64,000 nt of DNA from an uncultured delta proteobacterium (GTDB taxonomy: Bacteria; Desulfobacterota; Binatia; Binatales; Binataceae): assembly GCA_963765675.1 (NCBI GenBank), contig CAVXXK010000001.1, positions 1,536,001-1,600,000 on the forward strand, read 5' to 3'. The notes below the pieces were generated by a model. That model was not told the DNA's origin. It made no database searches and saw nothing but the letters and a program-made list of their open reading frames with translations. How positions within the stretch are numbered: position 1 is the first letter of the stretch; the number at the start of each line of letters is the position of its first letter. Shown here piece by piece: positions 28,386-38,425 of the stretch. Made by a program: the position numbers and the translations under genes.

Positions 28386-28673
28386 ATGGGTCGCAGACTG
28401 TATGTTGGGAATCTAGCTTGGACGGTGACCGATCAGGATCTGCAGGAAGCGTTTTCGGAGGCGGGTGCAGTCGATAGTTCGCAGGTGATTATCGACCGCG
28501 CAACGAATCGCTCTCGCGGATTCGGCTTCGTTGAGATGGCTACGGATGAAGCGGCCGAAGCCGCGATCAAAAATCTCAACGGACGCGACATCAAGGGACG
28601 CCCGATTCGTGTGAACGAGGCGCAAGCGCGCAGCAACGATCGCGGCGCGCGGCCCAGCCAGCGCGATCGCTAG
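28386..28673 (+). CDS. RRM RNA-binding protein (Rbp-like)
   Basis: RNP2 LYVGNL, RNP1 RGFGFVEM, RVNEA; GGAG upstream of ATG 28386. Confidence 0.95.
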   Translation: MGRRLYVGNLAWTVTDQDLQEAFSEAGAVDSSQVIIDRATNRSRGFGFVEMATDEAAEAAIKNLNGRDIKGRPIRVNEAQARSNDRGARPSQRDR

Positions 28674-28856
28674 GAGCCGGCCGGCACGGCGCGACTGGCT
28701 ATCGCGCGCGTCCCGCAGACCTCGCCCGATTTGCGTATCGCGCCAAAGTTCAGGCTTTGGCGAATCGATGAGGCCGTGTCATAAGCCATTCATCCGCGGA
28801 ACTACGCGTACGATTCCCGATGGAGCAGCAGCGCGGCCTGGGTTAAGCTTTGATCT

Positions 28857-29792
28857 GTGGATTTTGTAACTATTGAAGCCCAGAGCGAACGCGTCGTCAT
28901 CGCCCCGGAACTCGGATGCCAATGCTTCGGCTACCGAGTCGGAGCGCTCGAGATAATCACCGTGCCGCCAAGCGTCGAAGCACTGCGAGAACATCCGTTT
29001 CGCAGCGGTATTCCGATCTTGTTTCCGTGGCCAGGCCGCGTCGCGCATGGCAAGTTCGACTTCGACGGACGCGAGCTCGTATTGCCGATCAATGAGCCCG
29101 CGCACGGCAGTGCGATTCATGGACTTACTTGGAATTGCGCATTTCGGGTGGCCAAGCGAGGGCCATACTACGCATTGATGGAGCTCGACTCCGCGTCCGA
29201 CGCGAATCTCTCGCGCCTGTGGCCGTACGCATTCGTATTCGAAATTGACTACGAGGTCGGCGACGGACTGCGCGTCAAATTCCGCGTGCGCAATTCCGGC
29301 AAGTCCGAGATGCCATTTGGATTCGGCGCGCATCCTTACTTCAATGCTCCGCTCGGCAAAGGCGGTGCGCGCGAGTCGCTAACCTTGCAGATGCCGGCCG
29401 CGCCGGCGCGCTGGCCGCTCGACGCCTCGTTGATTCCAACCGGCGCGCCGCAGCCAGTCGAGGGCAAGTTCGATCTGCGCCAGCCGCGCGTTCTGGGCGC
29501 CGAGACCTACGACGACGTATTCAAGCTCGATCCGGCGCGCGATCCGTCGGCACCGTGCGCACGGATGGTCGATCCTGCCGCGCGCCTCGCGATTGAGGTG
29601 CGGGCCGACGCGCCGTTCGAGGATTTTGTGATCTTCGCTCCGCCGGGAAATCCCGTGGTCGCGATGGAGCCGTACACCTGCGCGCCCGACACGTTCAATC
29701 TTTCGGCGCGCGGGGTCGAGTCGGGAATGCGCCGGCTCGCGCCCGGCGCCACTTTCGAGGCCGGTTTCGAGATTCGCGTCGCCGCCCCGTGA
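28857..29792 (+). CDS. Aldose 1-epimerase family protein
   Basis: GIPILFPWPGR, AIHG, MPFGFGAHPYF, YDD, AMEPYT. Confidence 0.9.
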   Translation: MDFVTIEAQSERVVIAPELGCQCFGYRVGALEIITVPPSVEALREHPFRSGIPILFPWPGRVAHGKFDFDGRELVLPINEPAHGSAIHGLTWNCAFRVAKRGPYYALMELDSASDANLSRLWPYAFVFEIDYEVGDGLRVKFRVRNSGKSEMPFGFGAHPYFNAPLGKGGARESLTLQMPAAPARWPLDASLIPTGAPQPVEGKFDLRQPRVLGAETYDDVFKLDPARDPSAPCARMVDPAARLAIEVRADAPFEDFVIFAPPGNPVVAMEPYTCAPDTFNLSARGVESGMRRLAPGATFEAGFEIRVAAP

Positions 29793-29796
29793 TTCG

Positions 29797-30993
29797 CTAA
29801 TTCAGCTTCTTTAAGAATTCCGCGATACGGTCGAACGCGCGATTTAGATTATCGCGCGACGCGGCATAGGAAATCCGCACGTGATTCGGCGCGCCGAAAT
29901 CGTTGCCGCCGACCATCGCGACCTTCGCCTCGTCCAGCGCGATCGTGGCGAATGAGTCACCATGCTCGATCTTTTTTCCGCCGCACGATTTTCCGATCAG
30001 ATTTGAGATGTTCGGAAAGGCATAGAACGCACCCTGCGGAACCTGCGGCAGCCGAAATCCCGGCAACGCGCGCACCCGCTCGACCACCAGCGAGCGCCGC
30101 GCGCGAAACTCTTCGGCCATCGCGCGCACGTCGTCCTGCGGACCGGTCAGCGCTTCAATCGCGGCGAACTGCGTGATCGAGTTTGGATTGCCGCTGTTCT
30201 GGCCCTGCAATCTTGCGGCGGCCGCGATCGCCTCTTTGGGGCCGGCGGCGAATCCGATGCGCCATCCGGTCATCGCGTAGGTCTTCGATAGCGAATTGAA
30301 GACAATCCCCTTTGAACGCAGGCGCGGCTCGACGGTAAAGATGTGCGCGGGCAGTCCGTCGTACGAGATGTGCTCGTACACGTCGTCCGAGAGCACCCAC
30401 ATGTCGGCGTCGAGCGCCACCTTCGCGATCTCGGCCAGATGGCTCGCGCTATAAACCGCGCCGGTCGGATTGGACGGCGAGTTCAGGATGATCGCGCGCG
30501 TGCGTGGCGTGATCGCTTTTTTCAGCTCGGCGGGACCGAGCAGAAATCCGTTACCCTCCGGGCACGGCACCAGCACCGGCGTCGCGCCCGACAGGCCAAC
30601 CATCGCGGCCAGGCTGACCCACGCCGGAGTCGGGATGATCACCTCGTCGCCCTCGTCGAACAGCGCGGCGATCACATTCGCCTCGGCCTGCTTGCATCCC
30701 GCGGTCGCGACGATTTCGCTGATTTCGTAGTCGAGCTGGTTGTCGCGCTTGAGCTTGAGCGCGATCGCCTTCTTTAAGTCGGTGATTCCGCTGACCGTGG
30801 TGTATTTCGTACGGCCCTGTTCCAGCGCGCGTCGCGCCGCGGCCTTGATCCGCTCGGGGGTGTCGAAGTCGGGCTCGCCCGCGGCGAGCGAGATAACGTC
30901 GATGCCCTTTTCCTTCATCTCGGTCGCGCGCGCCTCCGCGGCCATCGTGGCGGACGGTTTGAGCGCTGCGATTCTACGGTTGAGTTTGATCAT
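29797..30993 (-). CDS. PLP-dependent aminotransferase class I (aspartate aminotransferase-like)
   Basis: GEPDFDTP, NSPSNPTG, SDDVY, SLSKTYAMTGWRIG. Confidence 0.95.
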   Translation of the reverse strand: MIKLNRRIAALKPSATMAAEARATEMKEKGIDVISLAAGEPDFDTPERIKAAARRALEQGRTKYTTVSGITDLKKAIALKLKRDNQLDYEISEIVATAGCKQAEANVIAALFDEGDEVIIPTPAWVSLAAMVGLSGATPVLVPCPEGNGFLLGPAELKKAITPRTRAIILNSPSNPTGAVYSASHLAEIAKVALDADMWVLSDDVYEHISYDGLPAHIFTVEPRLRSKGIVFNSLSKTYAMTGWRIGFAAGPKEAIAAAARLQGQNSGNPNSITQFAAIEALTGPQDDVRAMAEEFRARRSLVVERVRALPGFRLPQVPQGAFYAFPNISNLIGKSCGGKKIEHGDSFATIALDEAKVAMVGGNDFGAPNHVRISYAASRDNLNRAFDRIAEFLKKLN

Positions 30994-31125
30994 GTTGGTT
31001 TGTCCGGACGAACCCGTCGCGGCGCACACGAGCGCCGCGACGCGAATGGATCACGATGATTGTAGCGATCACGCGAGCGCGAAAAAACCGCCGCGAGAGT
31101 TTTCCGTCTTCGCGTGTCGGCGAAA

Positions 31126-31641
31126 TTAGTCGACGCCCAACTTCTTGCGCAACCGCGCCATCACCATCTCCGGCACCAGTTCCGGAACGCGTTTGCCGTA
31201 CCCGGCGACTTCCTTGATCAGCCGCGACGCACTGAAGAACAGGCTCGGATTGGCGAACAGAAAAACCGTCTCGACCGCGGGATTCATCAGCCGGTTCATC
31301 TGCGCCATGTTCATTTCATAGTCGAAGTCGGTTACTGCGCGCAGGCTCCGGAGAATCGCGCGCGCGCCGATGCCCTGTGCGTAATCGACCACCGGGCCAC
31401 TGAACTTATCCACCCGCGCTCGCGGTTCGAGGTCGTGAATCACTCCGCGAATCATCTCGACTCTTTCGTCGGGATCGAACAGCGCCGAGTCCTTGTGCGG
31501 GTTATATGCGACCGCGACGATGACCTCGTCGAACAGCAGGACACTTCGCCGGATCACGTCGATATGCCCATTGTGAATCGGGTCAAAGGTGCCCGGATAT
31601 ACCGCGATTGAAGAGGCATGTCCCGCAGGTTTGCTACTCAT
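31126..31641 (-). CDS. coaD: Pantetheine-phosphate adenylyltransferase
   Basis: YPGTFDPIHNGHID, LRAVTDFDYE, VETVFL. Confidence 0.95.
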   Translation of the reverse strand: MSSKPAGHASSIAVYPGTFDPIHNGHIDVIRRSVLLFDEVIVAVAYNPHKDSALFDPDERVEMIRGVIHDLEPRARVDKFSGPVVDYAQGIGARAILRSLRAVTDFDYEMNMAQMNRLMNPAVETVFLFANPSLFFSASRLIKEVAGYGKRVPELVPEMVMARLRKKLGVD

Positions 31642-31647
31642 CGGAAA

Positions 31648-32232
31648 CTATCTGCTCCCACTCGGCGTCGCTTCGGATCGCCGGTAAAAGGCGATTCGAT
31701 GATCGCCCAGATTTGCGATATTGGCGCGCTCGAGACCCGCAGGTGCCTCGGGCGCCGCGGCCGCGCGCTTGGATTGTCCGATGACAATCCATCCGCCCTC
31801 GGCAGCAAGTCCGCGGCTGGCAATTCGTTCCAGCACCGGACCGCTAAGGTCGTTCTTGAATGGCGCGTCGATGAAGATGAGGTGGAAGCTCGCGCCGGCC
31901 GCGCCGAGGTCATCGAGGGCGCGAAACACGTCAGCGACGATGATGCGCGCCCGTTCCGCCAGTCCTAGCGCCGCTAAATTCGCGCTGATTGCGGCCACTG
32001 CCGCGCGCGAGGAATCGATCATCGTGGCGTGTGCGGCGCCGCGCGACAGCGCCTCGCACGAGAGCGATCCGCTGCCGGCGAAAATATCGAGCACGCGGAT
32101 TCCCGCGAAATCGATTCTGACCTGCAGCCGGGAAAAAATGGATTCCCGCGCCCGAGCCGAAGTCGGTCGCGTGGTAAGCCCGCGCGGCGCTTTGAGCCGC
32201 CGCCCGTGCGCCTGTCCTGCAATCACCCGCAT
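31648..32232 (-). CDS. rsmD: 16S rRNA m2G966 methyltransferase
   Basis: MRVIAG, TRPTS, LDIFAGSG, EALSRGA; rsmD-coaD synteny. Confidence 0.93.
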   Translation of the reverse strand: MRVIAGQAHGRRLKAPRGLTTRPTSARARESIFSRLQVRIDFAGIRVLDIFAGSGSLSCEALSRGAAHATMIDSSRAAVAAISANLAALGLAERARIIVADVFRALDDLGAAGASFHLIFIDAPFKNDLSGPVLERIASRGLAAEGGWIVIGQSKRAAAAPEAPAGLERANIANLGDHRIAFYRRSEATPSGSR

Positions 32233-32453
32233 CGCGCACCGCGGCGGGAGTTGCGCATCTGACAAAGCTTCGCTCGCGCTCTACCCCGGCCGCGCTCGAT
32301 AGATAGCCCGTATCGTGTCTGCGGAGCAAGTTGGCCGCTGGATCACCGATATAGTCTTGCGCCTCTGGAAGGATTGCGGGATTTTAGCTACTCATCATAA
32401 GATTCGCGAACGCAACGGCCCTGATTGTTGTAAGGAATTGTAATACCGCCGTC

Positions 32454-32954
32454 ATGTCTACATCGGCTGAGCTTAAGTTTTCCGACGCCACGATGCGGGA
32501 ATATCAGGAGATGCTGACGCATTATCCGACCCGCCGCGCCGCGTTGCTGCCTACGCTCTGGATGGCGCAGCGCGACTTCGGATGGGTCGGCGAGGACATC
32601 CAGCGCTACGTCGCGGAGCTGATGGAGCTGCCGCTGTCGCACGTCAAGGCGGTGGTCACCTTCTACCCGATGTTCCACCAGGAGCGGGTCGGTAAGTTTC
32701 TGATCGACGTATGCACCAATCTATCGTGCCGGCTGCGCGGCGCCGACCGAATTGTCGATTGTATCCGCGCCCGGCTCGGTATCGAGGTTGACCAGACCAC
32801 CCCCGATGGCAAGTTCACGCTCGGCACTGCCGAGTGCCTGGCTTCGTGCGGAACGGCGCCGATGCTCCAGCTCAACCAGGACCAGTACTACGAGAACCTG
32901 ACCGAAGAGAGCATGCTCAAGCTGCTCGACGAGCTCGCCGGACGTGATGGCTGA
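32454..32954 (+). CDS. nuoE: NADH-quinone oxidoreductase subunit E
   Basis: ALLPTLWMAQ, VVTFYPMF, CTNLSC, ECLASCGTAPM. Confidence 0.93.
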   Translation: MSTSAELKFSDATMREYQEMLTHYPTRRAALLPTLWMAQRDFGWVGEDIQRYVAELMELPLSHVKAVVTFYPMFHQERVGKFLIDVCTNLSCRLRGADRIVDCIRARLGIEVDQTTPDGKFTLGTAECLASCGTAPMLQLNQDQYYENLTEESMLKLLDELAGRDG

Positions 32955-34059
32955 ACTGATAGTCGGCGCAATCGAGGCAGTCCTGATGATTCTCATGGGG
33001 CTGCATCTCGCGATCTTCCTGCTCTACTTCGAGCGCAAGGGTAGCGCGCTGATCCAGGATCGCGTCGGCGCAAATCGCGCGTCTATCACCGGGCTCGGGC
33101 GCAAACTCGGGCTGCCGAATCTCGGCATCATCAACACTCTGATCGCGGATCCGATCAAGCTCTTCACCAAGGAAGATTTCGTACCCGCGGGCGCCGATCA
33201 CTTTTTGCACGGCCTTGCGCCGTTCATGGCGCTGTTCCCCGTGATGATCGCGTTTGTCGTGATTCCATTTGGCGACACGATCACGTTCGGCGGACGCACC
33301 TTCGGTCTGCAGGCCGCGCCAATCAACGCCGCCGCGCTATACCTGCTTGCGGTGATCGGGATCGGCGTCTACGGCGTCTCGCTCGGCGGATGGGCCTCGA
33401 ATAATCGCTGGGCGCTGCTCGGCGGAATCCGTGCGACGGCGCAGATGATCTCGTACGAAATCGCGATGGGGCTTGCGATTATCGCGATCGTGATCACCTA
33501 CGGTTCGCTCGACCTGCAGGAGATGGTCCGGATGCAGGGCGGAGTATGGTTCGGATGGCTCCCGCGATGGGGCATTTTCGTGCAGCCGCTTGCGTTCATC
33601 CTGCTTCTGACCGCGGGAATCGCGGAATCGAAACGAATTCCGTTCGATCTGCCCGAGGGCGAGTCCGAATTGATTCTCGGCTACATGCTCGAATACTCGG
33701 GCGGCAAGCAGGCCGCCTTCATGCTGACTGACTTGGCCGAGCAGGCTTTGATTGCGATGCTGCTCGTCACCTTCTTCTTCGGCGGATGGCAGGTGCCGTG
33801 GCTCTATCGCGACGGCTTTCATCTGCCGGGCGGCGGGATTATCGCGCTTGCGCCGATTCTCGTCTCGATCGCGGGAATCCTCGCGTTCCTGATCAAGGTC
33901 GTCATCCTGTGTCTGTTCATGGGCCTGGTCCGATGGACGCTGCCGCGGTTTCGCTACGATCAGTTAATGAAACTCGGGTGGAAGATCCTGGTGCCGCTTG
34001 GGCTGGTGAATATTCTGATCACAGCGTTTGTCGTGGTCGTGACCGGAGGGGCGCATTGA
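32947..34059 (+). CDS. nuoH: NADH-quinone oxidoreductase subunit H
   Basis: ERK..IQDRVG, ADPIKLFTKE, AQMISYE, PFDLPEGESEL, RWTLPRFRYDQLMKLGWK. Confidence 0.95.
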   Translation: MAELIVGAIEAVLMILMGLHLAIFLLYFERKGSALIQDRVGANRASITGLGRKLGLPNLGIINTLIADPIKLFTKEDFVPAGADHFLHGLAPFMALFPVMIAFVVIPFGDTITFGGRTFGLQAAPINAAALYLLAVIGIGVYGVSLGGWASNNRWALLGGIRATAQMISYEIAMGLAIIAIVITYGSLDLQEMVRMQGGVWFGWLPRWGIFVQPLAFILLLTAGIAESKRIPFDLPEGESELILGYMLEYSGGKQAAFMLTDLAEQALIAMLLVTFFFGGWQVPWLYRDGFHLPGGGIIALAPILVSIAGILAFLIKVVILCLFMGLVRWTLPRFRYDQLMKLGWKILVPLGLVNILITAFVVVVTGGAH

Positions 34060-34060
34060 C

Positions 34061-34615
34061 ATGCCGATAGCGCTGTTCTGGTTCCTGGCCGCGGTCTCCC
34101 TGATCTCGGCGTTCGGCGTGGTGCTGCAGCGTAATCCGCTGCACTGCCTGCTGGCGTTGATCGTGACGCTGCTCGCGATAGCTGTGATGTTTATCGGCGA
34201 AGACGCGGTCGTGGTCGGCTTTCTGCAGGCAATCGTGTATGGCGGCGCGATCATGGTGTTGTTCCTGTTCGTGATCTGGCTCTTGAACCTGCGCGTGGAG
34301 ATGGGCCCGACGGGGCATCTGGGGCTCAAGTTTGCGGGCACGATCGTGGTTGCCGCGATGTTCGCGGAGTTGATGGCGTTTCTGCTGCCGCCGCATCTGC
34401 AAGTAAAATTCTCCGGACACGCCGTCGGTTACGGAGCGATCGATAGCCTCTCGCAGACACTGTTTTCCGAATACCTGGTCGCGTTCGAAGTCACTTCGGT
34501 GCTGCTGCTGGTCGCGGTCATTGGAGCGGTCGCGCTCGCGCGGCGCAGCACCCCAACCGAAATTCGCGAGCACGTGGCCGAGAACGCGCGCAAGGAGCGG
34601 AGCGCAACCCTATGA
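34061..34615 (+). CDS. nuoJ: NADH-quinone oxidoreductase subunit J
   Basis: [28 protein letters not shown]. Confidence 0.93.
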   Translation: MPIALFWFLAAVSLISAFGVVLQRNPLHCLLALIVTLLAIAVMFIGEDAVVVGFLQAIVYGGAIMVLFLFVIWLLNLRVEMGPTGHLGLKFAGTIVVAAMFAELMAFLLPPHLQVKFSGHAVGYGAIDSLSQTLFSEYLVAFEVTSVLLLVAVIGAVALARRSTPTEIREHVAENARKERSATL

Positions 34616-34914
34616 TTCCGCTGCCTTACCTGATGGCGCTCAGCGGCGCGATCTTCGCGATCGGCGTGCTGGGCTTTCTCACCCGCAGGAACATCCTGGT
34701 GATGTTCATGTCGGTCGAGCTGATGCTCAACGCGGTCAATCTTGCGTTTATCGCGCTCGGCAGCCGGCTCGGCACGATGGACGGGCAGGTGATCGTGTTC
34801 TTCGTGATGACGGTCGCCGCGGCGGAGGCGGCGGTCGGCCTCGCGATTATCATCTCAATCTTCCGCGGCCGCGAAACCGTTCACGCCGACGACTTGACGC
34901 TGCTCCGATGGTGA
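34612..34914 (+). CDS. nuoK: NADH-quinone oxidoreductase subunit K
   Basis: [24 protein letters not shown]. Confidence 0.95.
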   Translation: MIPLPYLMALSGAIFAIGVLGFLTRRNILVMFMSVELMLNAVNLAFIALGSRLGTMDGQVIVFFVMTVAAAEAAVGLAIIISIFRGRETVHADDLTLLRW

Positions 34915-36845
34915 CCACGGTGGCTAATCTTCCGTCCTCCGCGCTGGCGCTGATACTGCTGTTCCCGGCGCTCGGCGTAATTTTCAATTTGTTCTTCGGG
35001 GCGCGGCTCGGCCGCCGCGCCGTGAGTATTGTCGGTCCGGGCGTGATGTTCCTGGCCCTCGCGGCCGCGACGTGGGTGTTCGTGCGGCTATTGATGCTTC
35101 CGCGCGGCGACGCGCTGACGTTCACGCTATGGCCGTGGATCGAGGCGGGACGCTTTCACGTCGAGTTCGCGCTGCGCGCCGATACGCTCTCGGGCGTGAT
35201 GATCATGATCGTCACGGGAGTCGGCGCTTTCATCCATTTGTACTCGGTCGGATACATGGCGCATGACGAAGACTTCGCGCGCTTCTTCACCTACATGAAC
35301 CTGTTCGCGCTCTCGATGCTGATCCTGGTGCTCGCGAGCAACCTGCTGATGATGTTCGTCGGATGGGAGGGCGTGGGGCTGTGCTCCTATCTGCTGATCG
35401 CGTTCTGGTACACGAATCCGCAATTCGCCTACAACGGGCGCAAGGCGTTCATCGTCAATCGGGTCGGCGACGCGGGCTTTATCCTCGGGATTCTGACGAT
35501 CATCTCGGTACTGTCGCGCGGCGGCGTGTGGACGCTCGATTTCCCGACTATCCAGGCCCACGTCGGCCTCTTCACGACCGGCACCGCCACGGCGGCTTGC
35601 CTGCTGCTCTTCATGGGTGCGACCGGAAAGTCCGCGCAGATTCCACTTTACGTATGGTTGCCGGACGCGATGGTCGGGCCGACTCCGGTGAGCGCGCTGA
35701 TCCACGCGGCGACGATGGTCACCGCGGGCGTGTACATGATCGCGCGGCTCAACTTCCTCTACATGCTCTCGCCCGACGCGATGACCGTGGTTGCGACGAT
35801 CGGCGCGCTGACCGCGTTCTTCGCCGGCACGATCGCGATCGTGCAGCCGGACATCAAGAAGGTTCTCGCCTACTCGACGATTAGCCAGCTCGGCTACATG
35901 TTCCTGGGAGTCGGCTCGGGCGCGTTTGCCGCGGGCATTTTTCATGTGATGACGCATGCCTTCTTCAAGGGCCTTCTGTTCCTGTGTGCGGGCTCCGTGA
36001 TTCACGCGATGGGCGGAGAGCAGGACATGACCAAGATGGGCGCGCTCAGAAAGCATCTGCCGATCACCTTCTGGACGATGCTCATCGCGACGCTCGCGAT
36101 CTCGGCGGTGCCCGGCTTCTCCGGCTATTTCTCCAAGGATCTGATTCTCGAGGGTGCGTACGAGTCGGGTCACGTATGGCTGTGGGGCCTCGGTGTTCTG
36201 ACCGCGGGCATAACCGGCTTCTACATGTTCCGGTTGATCTTTATGACATTTTTCGGCGACTCGCGGGTCGAGGCCGACAAGCTGCCGCATCTCCATGAAT
36301 CACCGCCCTCGATGACTATTCCGCTCGTGGTGCTGGCGATTGCGTCGGCGATCGGCGGATGGGTCGGGCTGCCCAAGGGACTTTTGTGGGGCGACGCGTT
36401 CGCGCGTTTCCTGTCGCCCGTTGTGGGAAATTTCAAACCGGGCGTCGAGGCTTCGGCCTTGGGGCTTTCGGCCGTGGCGACGGGCGTGGGCCTGCTCGGA
36501 ATCCTGCTCGCATACATCTGTTACATCCGGATGCCTGGCCTGCCGATGATCGTCGCGTGGCGCGCGAAGACTATCTACCAGGTGCTGCTCGATAAGTACG
36601 ATATCGACGAATTCTACAATCTGATCGTCACCCGCCCGCTGTTCTGGGTCTCGAACGTGATCCTGAACCGCGCGATCGACCACTTCGTAATCGACGGCAC
36701 GGTCAATGGCGTCGGAACCTCGGTGCAGTCGGGAAGCCGGCTCGCGCGGCGCTCTGAAACCGGCAACGTCCAGCACTATGCATTCGTTTACGTGCTCGGC
36801 GTGCTGGGTGTGGTGGCCTACTACCTCTACCTGGTGAGGCATTGA
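34908..36845 (+). CDS. nuoL: NADH-quinone oxidoreductase subunit L
   Basis: [49 protein letters not shown]; true start near ATG 34908. Confidence 0.95.
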   Translation: MVTTVANLPSSALALILLFPALGVIFNLFFGARLGRRAVSIVGPGVMFLALAAATWVFVRLLMLPRGDALTFTLWPWIEAGRFHVEFALRADTLSGVMIMIVTGVGAFIHLYSVGYMAHDEDFARFFTYMNLFALSMLILVLASNLLMMFVGWEGVGLCSYLLIAFWYTNPQFAYNGRKAFIVNRVGDAGFILGILTIISVLSRGGVWTLDFPTIQAHVGLFTTGTATAACLLLFMGATGKSAQIPLYVWLPDAMVGPTPVSALIHAATMVTAGVYMIARLNFLYMLSPDAMTVVATIGALTAFFAGTIAIVQPDIKKVLAYSTISQLGYMFLGVGSGAFAAGIFHVMTHAFFKGLLFLCAGSVIHAMGGEQDMTKMGALRKHLPITFWTMLIATLAISAVPGFSGYFSKDLILEGAYESGHVWLWGLGVLTAGITGFYMFRLIFMTFFGDSRVEADKLPHLHESPPSMTIPLVVLAIASAIGGWVGLPKGLLWGDAFARFLSPVVGNFKPGVEASALGLSAVATGVGLLGILLAYICYIRMPGLPMIVAWRAKTIYQVLLDKYDIDEFYNLIVTRPLFWVSNVILNRAIDHFVIDGTVNGVGTSVQSGSRLARRSETGNVQHYAFVYVLGVLGVVAYYLYLVRH

Positions 36846-38425
36846 TGAGCGGCGGATTGCTTACCGCGATCATATTCGTGCCGCTGCTCGGCGGATTTTT
36901 CGTGCTGATGCAGCGCGAGGATCGCGCGGCGTGGAATTCCGCGTTCATCTTTTCGCTGATCCCGCTCGCGCTCAGTTTCTACCTGTTTGCGAAGTTCAAC
37001 GTGCATTCGGCGGATTTCCAGTTCGTCGAGCAATACGATTGGATTCCGAAATTCGGAATCTCGTACCATCTCGGGGTTGACGGAATCAGCCTACTGCTCG
37101 TGCTGCTGACCACGATTCTGATTTCGCTGTCGCTGCTCTACTCGGGCGGCGGCGATATCGAAGAACGGCCGCGCGAGTTCTGCTTTTTCATGCTGGTGCT
37201 CGAGACCGGACTTCTGGGCACGCTGCTGTCGATCGACCTTTTCTTGTTCTACGTCTTCTGGGAGGTGATGTTGATCCCGATGTACTTCCTCATCGGGATT
37301 TGGGGCCACGGGCGCAAGGTTTACGCCGCAATCAAGTTTGTGCTGTTCACGATGACCGGATCGCTGCTGATGCTGGCGGCGATCATCTACCTGGTGCTGC
37401 AAGCCCGGCACGCGTTTGGCCGCCTGAGCTTCGACTTGCAACTGCTCTACCAGGTGCCGCTGTCCGAGACCCAGGCGCGATGGCTGTTCGCGGCATTCGC
37501 GCTTGCCTTCGCGATCAAGGTGCCGATGTGGCCGCTGCATACGTGGCTGCCCGACGCGCATACCGAGGCGCCCACGGCGGGTTCGGTGATTCTTGCGGGC
37601 GTGATGCTCAAGATGGGCGCGTACGGTTTTCTGCGTTTTGCGATTCCGCTGTTTCCGACCGTCGCGGTCGAGGCGGTGCCGCTGTTTCTCACTCTCGCAG
37701 TGATCGGGATCATCTATGGCGCGCTGGTCGCGATGGTCCAGCCCGACTTGAAGCGCCTGGTCGCATACTCCTCGGTCAGCCACTTGGGTTTCGTGATGCT
37801 CGGAATGTTTGCGCTCGATCCGCAGGGCGTCACCGGCTCGATCTACCAGATGCTCAATCACGGCATTTCCACCGGCGGATTGTTCCTGCTGGTCGGAATG
37901 CTCTATCTGCGCCGCCACACGCGCGAGATCAGCGAATTCGGCGGCTTGTGGAAGAGCGTGCCGGTTTACGCCGCGATCTTCATGGTTGTGATGCTCTCGT
38001 CGGTAGGCCTGCCGGGACTCAACGGATTCGTCGGCGAGTTCCTGATCCTGCTCGGAACCTTTCTGCGCGACTGGATCGCGGCGGCGTTCGCAGTCAGCGG
38101 CATCGTGCTCGGCGCGCTGTATCTTCTGTGGACCTATGAGCGCGTGATGTTCGGGCCGATCACTAAGGCGGTCAACGAGACGATTCGCGACCTGACCGGA
38201 CGAGAGATCGCCGTGATGATTCCGGTCCTGGCGCTGATGCTCTTCATGGGGCTTTACCCGAAGCCTTTGATCGATCGAATGGAACCGTCGGTCGAAAAAA
38301 TGCTCGCGCCGGTGCATATCGCGGAGGTTCGCCTCGAACAGAAGCGCCTTGATCGCGCGCTCGCGCAGCGCACCGCTCCGGCGCATGCGCCCAAACCTTC
38401 CGCGCTGACGGTGGCCGCAGAATGA
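36845..38425 (+). CDS. nuoM: NADH-quinone oxidoreductase subunit M
   Basis: GVDGIS, FWEVMLIP, HTWLPDAHTEAP, LKMGAYG, AYSSVSH, GFVGEF. Confidence 0.95.
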   Translation: MSGGLLTAIIFVPLLGGFFVLMQREDRAAWNSAFIFSLIPLALSFYLFAKFNVHSADFQFVEQYDWIPKFGISYHLGVDGISLLLVLLTTILISLSLLYSGGGDIEERPREFCFFMLVLETGLLGTLLSIDLFLFYVFWEVMLIPMYFLIGIWGHGRKVYAAIKFVLFTMTGSLLMLAAIIYLVLQARHAFGRLSFDLQLLYQVPLSETQARWLFAAFALAFAIKVPMWPLHTWLPDAHTEAPTAGSVILAGVMLKMGAYGFLRFAIPLFPTVAVEAVPLFLTLAVIGIIYGALVAMVQPDLKRLVAYSSVSHLGFVMLGMFALDPQGVTGSIYQMLNHGISTGGLFLLVGMLYLRRHTREISEFGGLWKSVPVYAAIFMVVMLSSVGLPGLNGFVGEFLILLGTFLRDWIAAAFAVSGIVLGALYLLWTYERVMFGPITKAVNETIRDLTGREIAVMIPVLALMLFMGLYPKPLIDRMEPSVEKMLAPVHIAEVRLEQKRLDRALAQRTAPAHAPKPSALTVAAE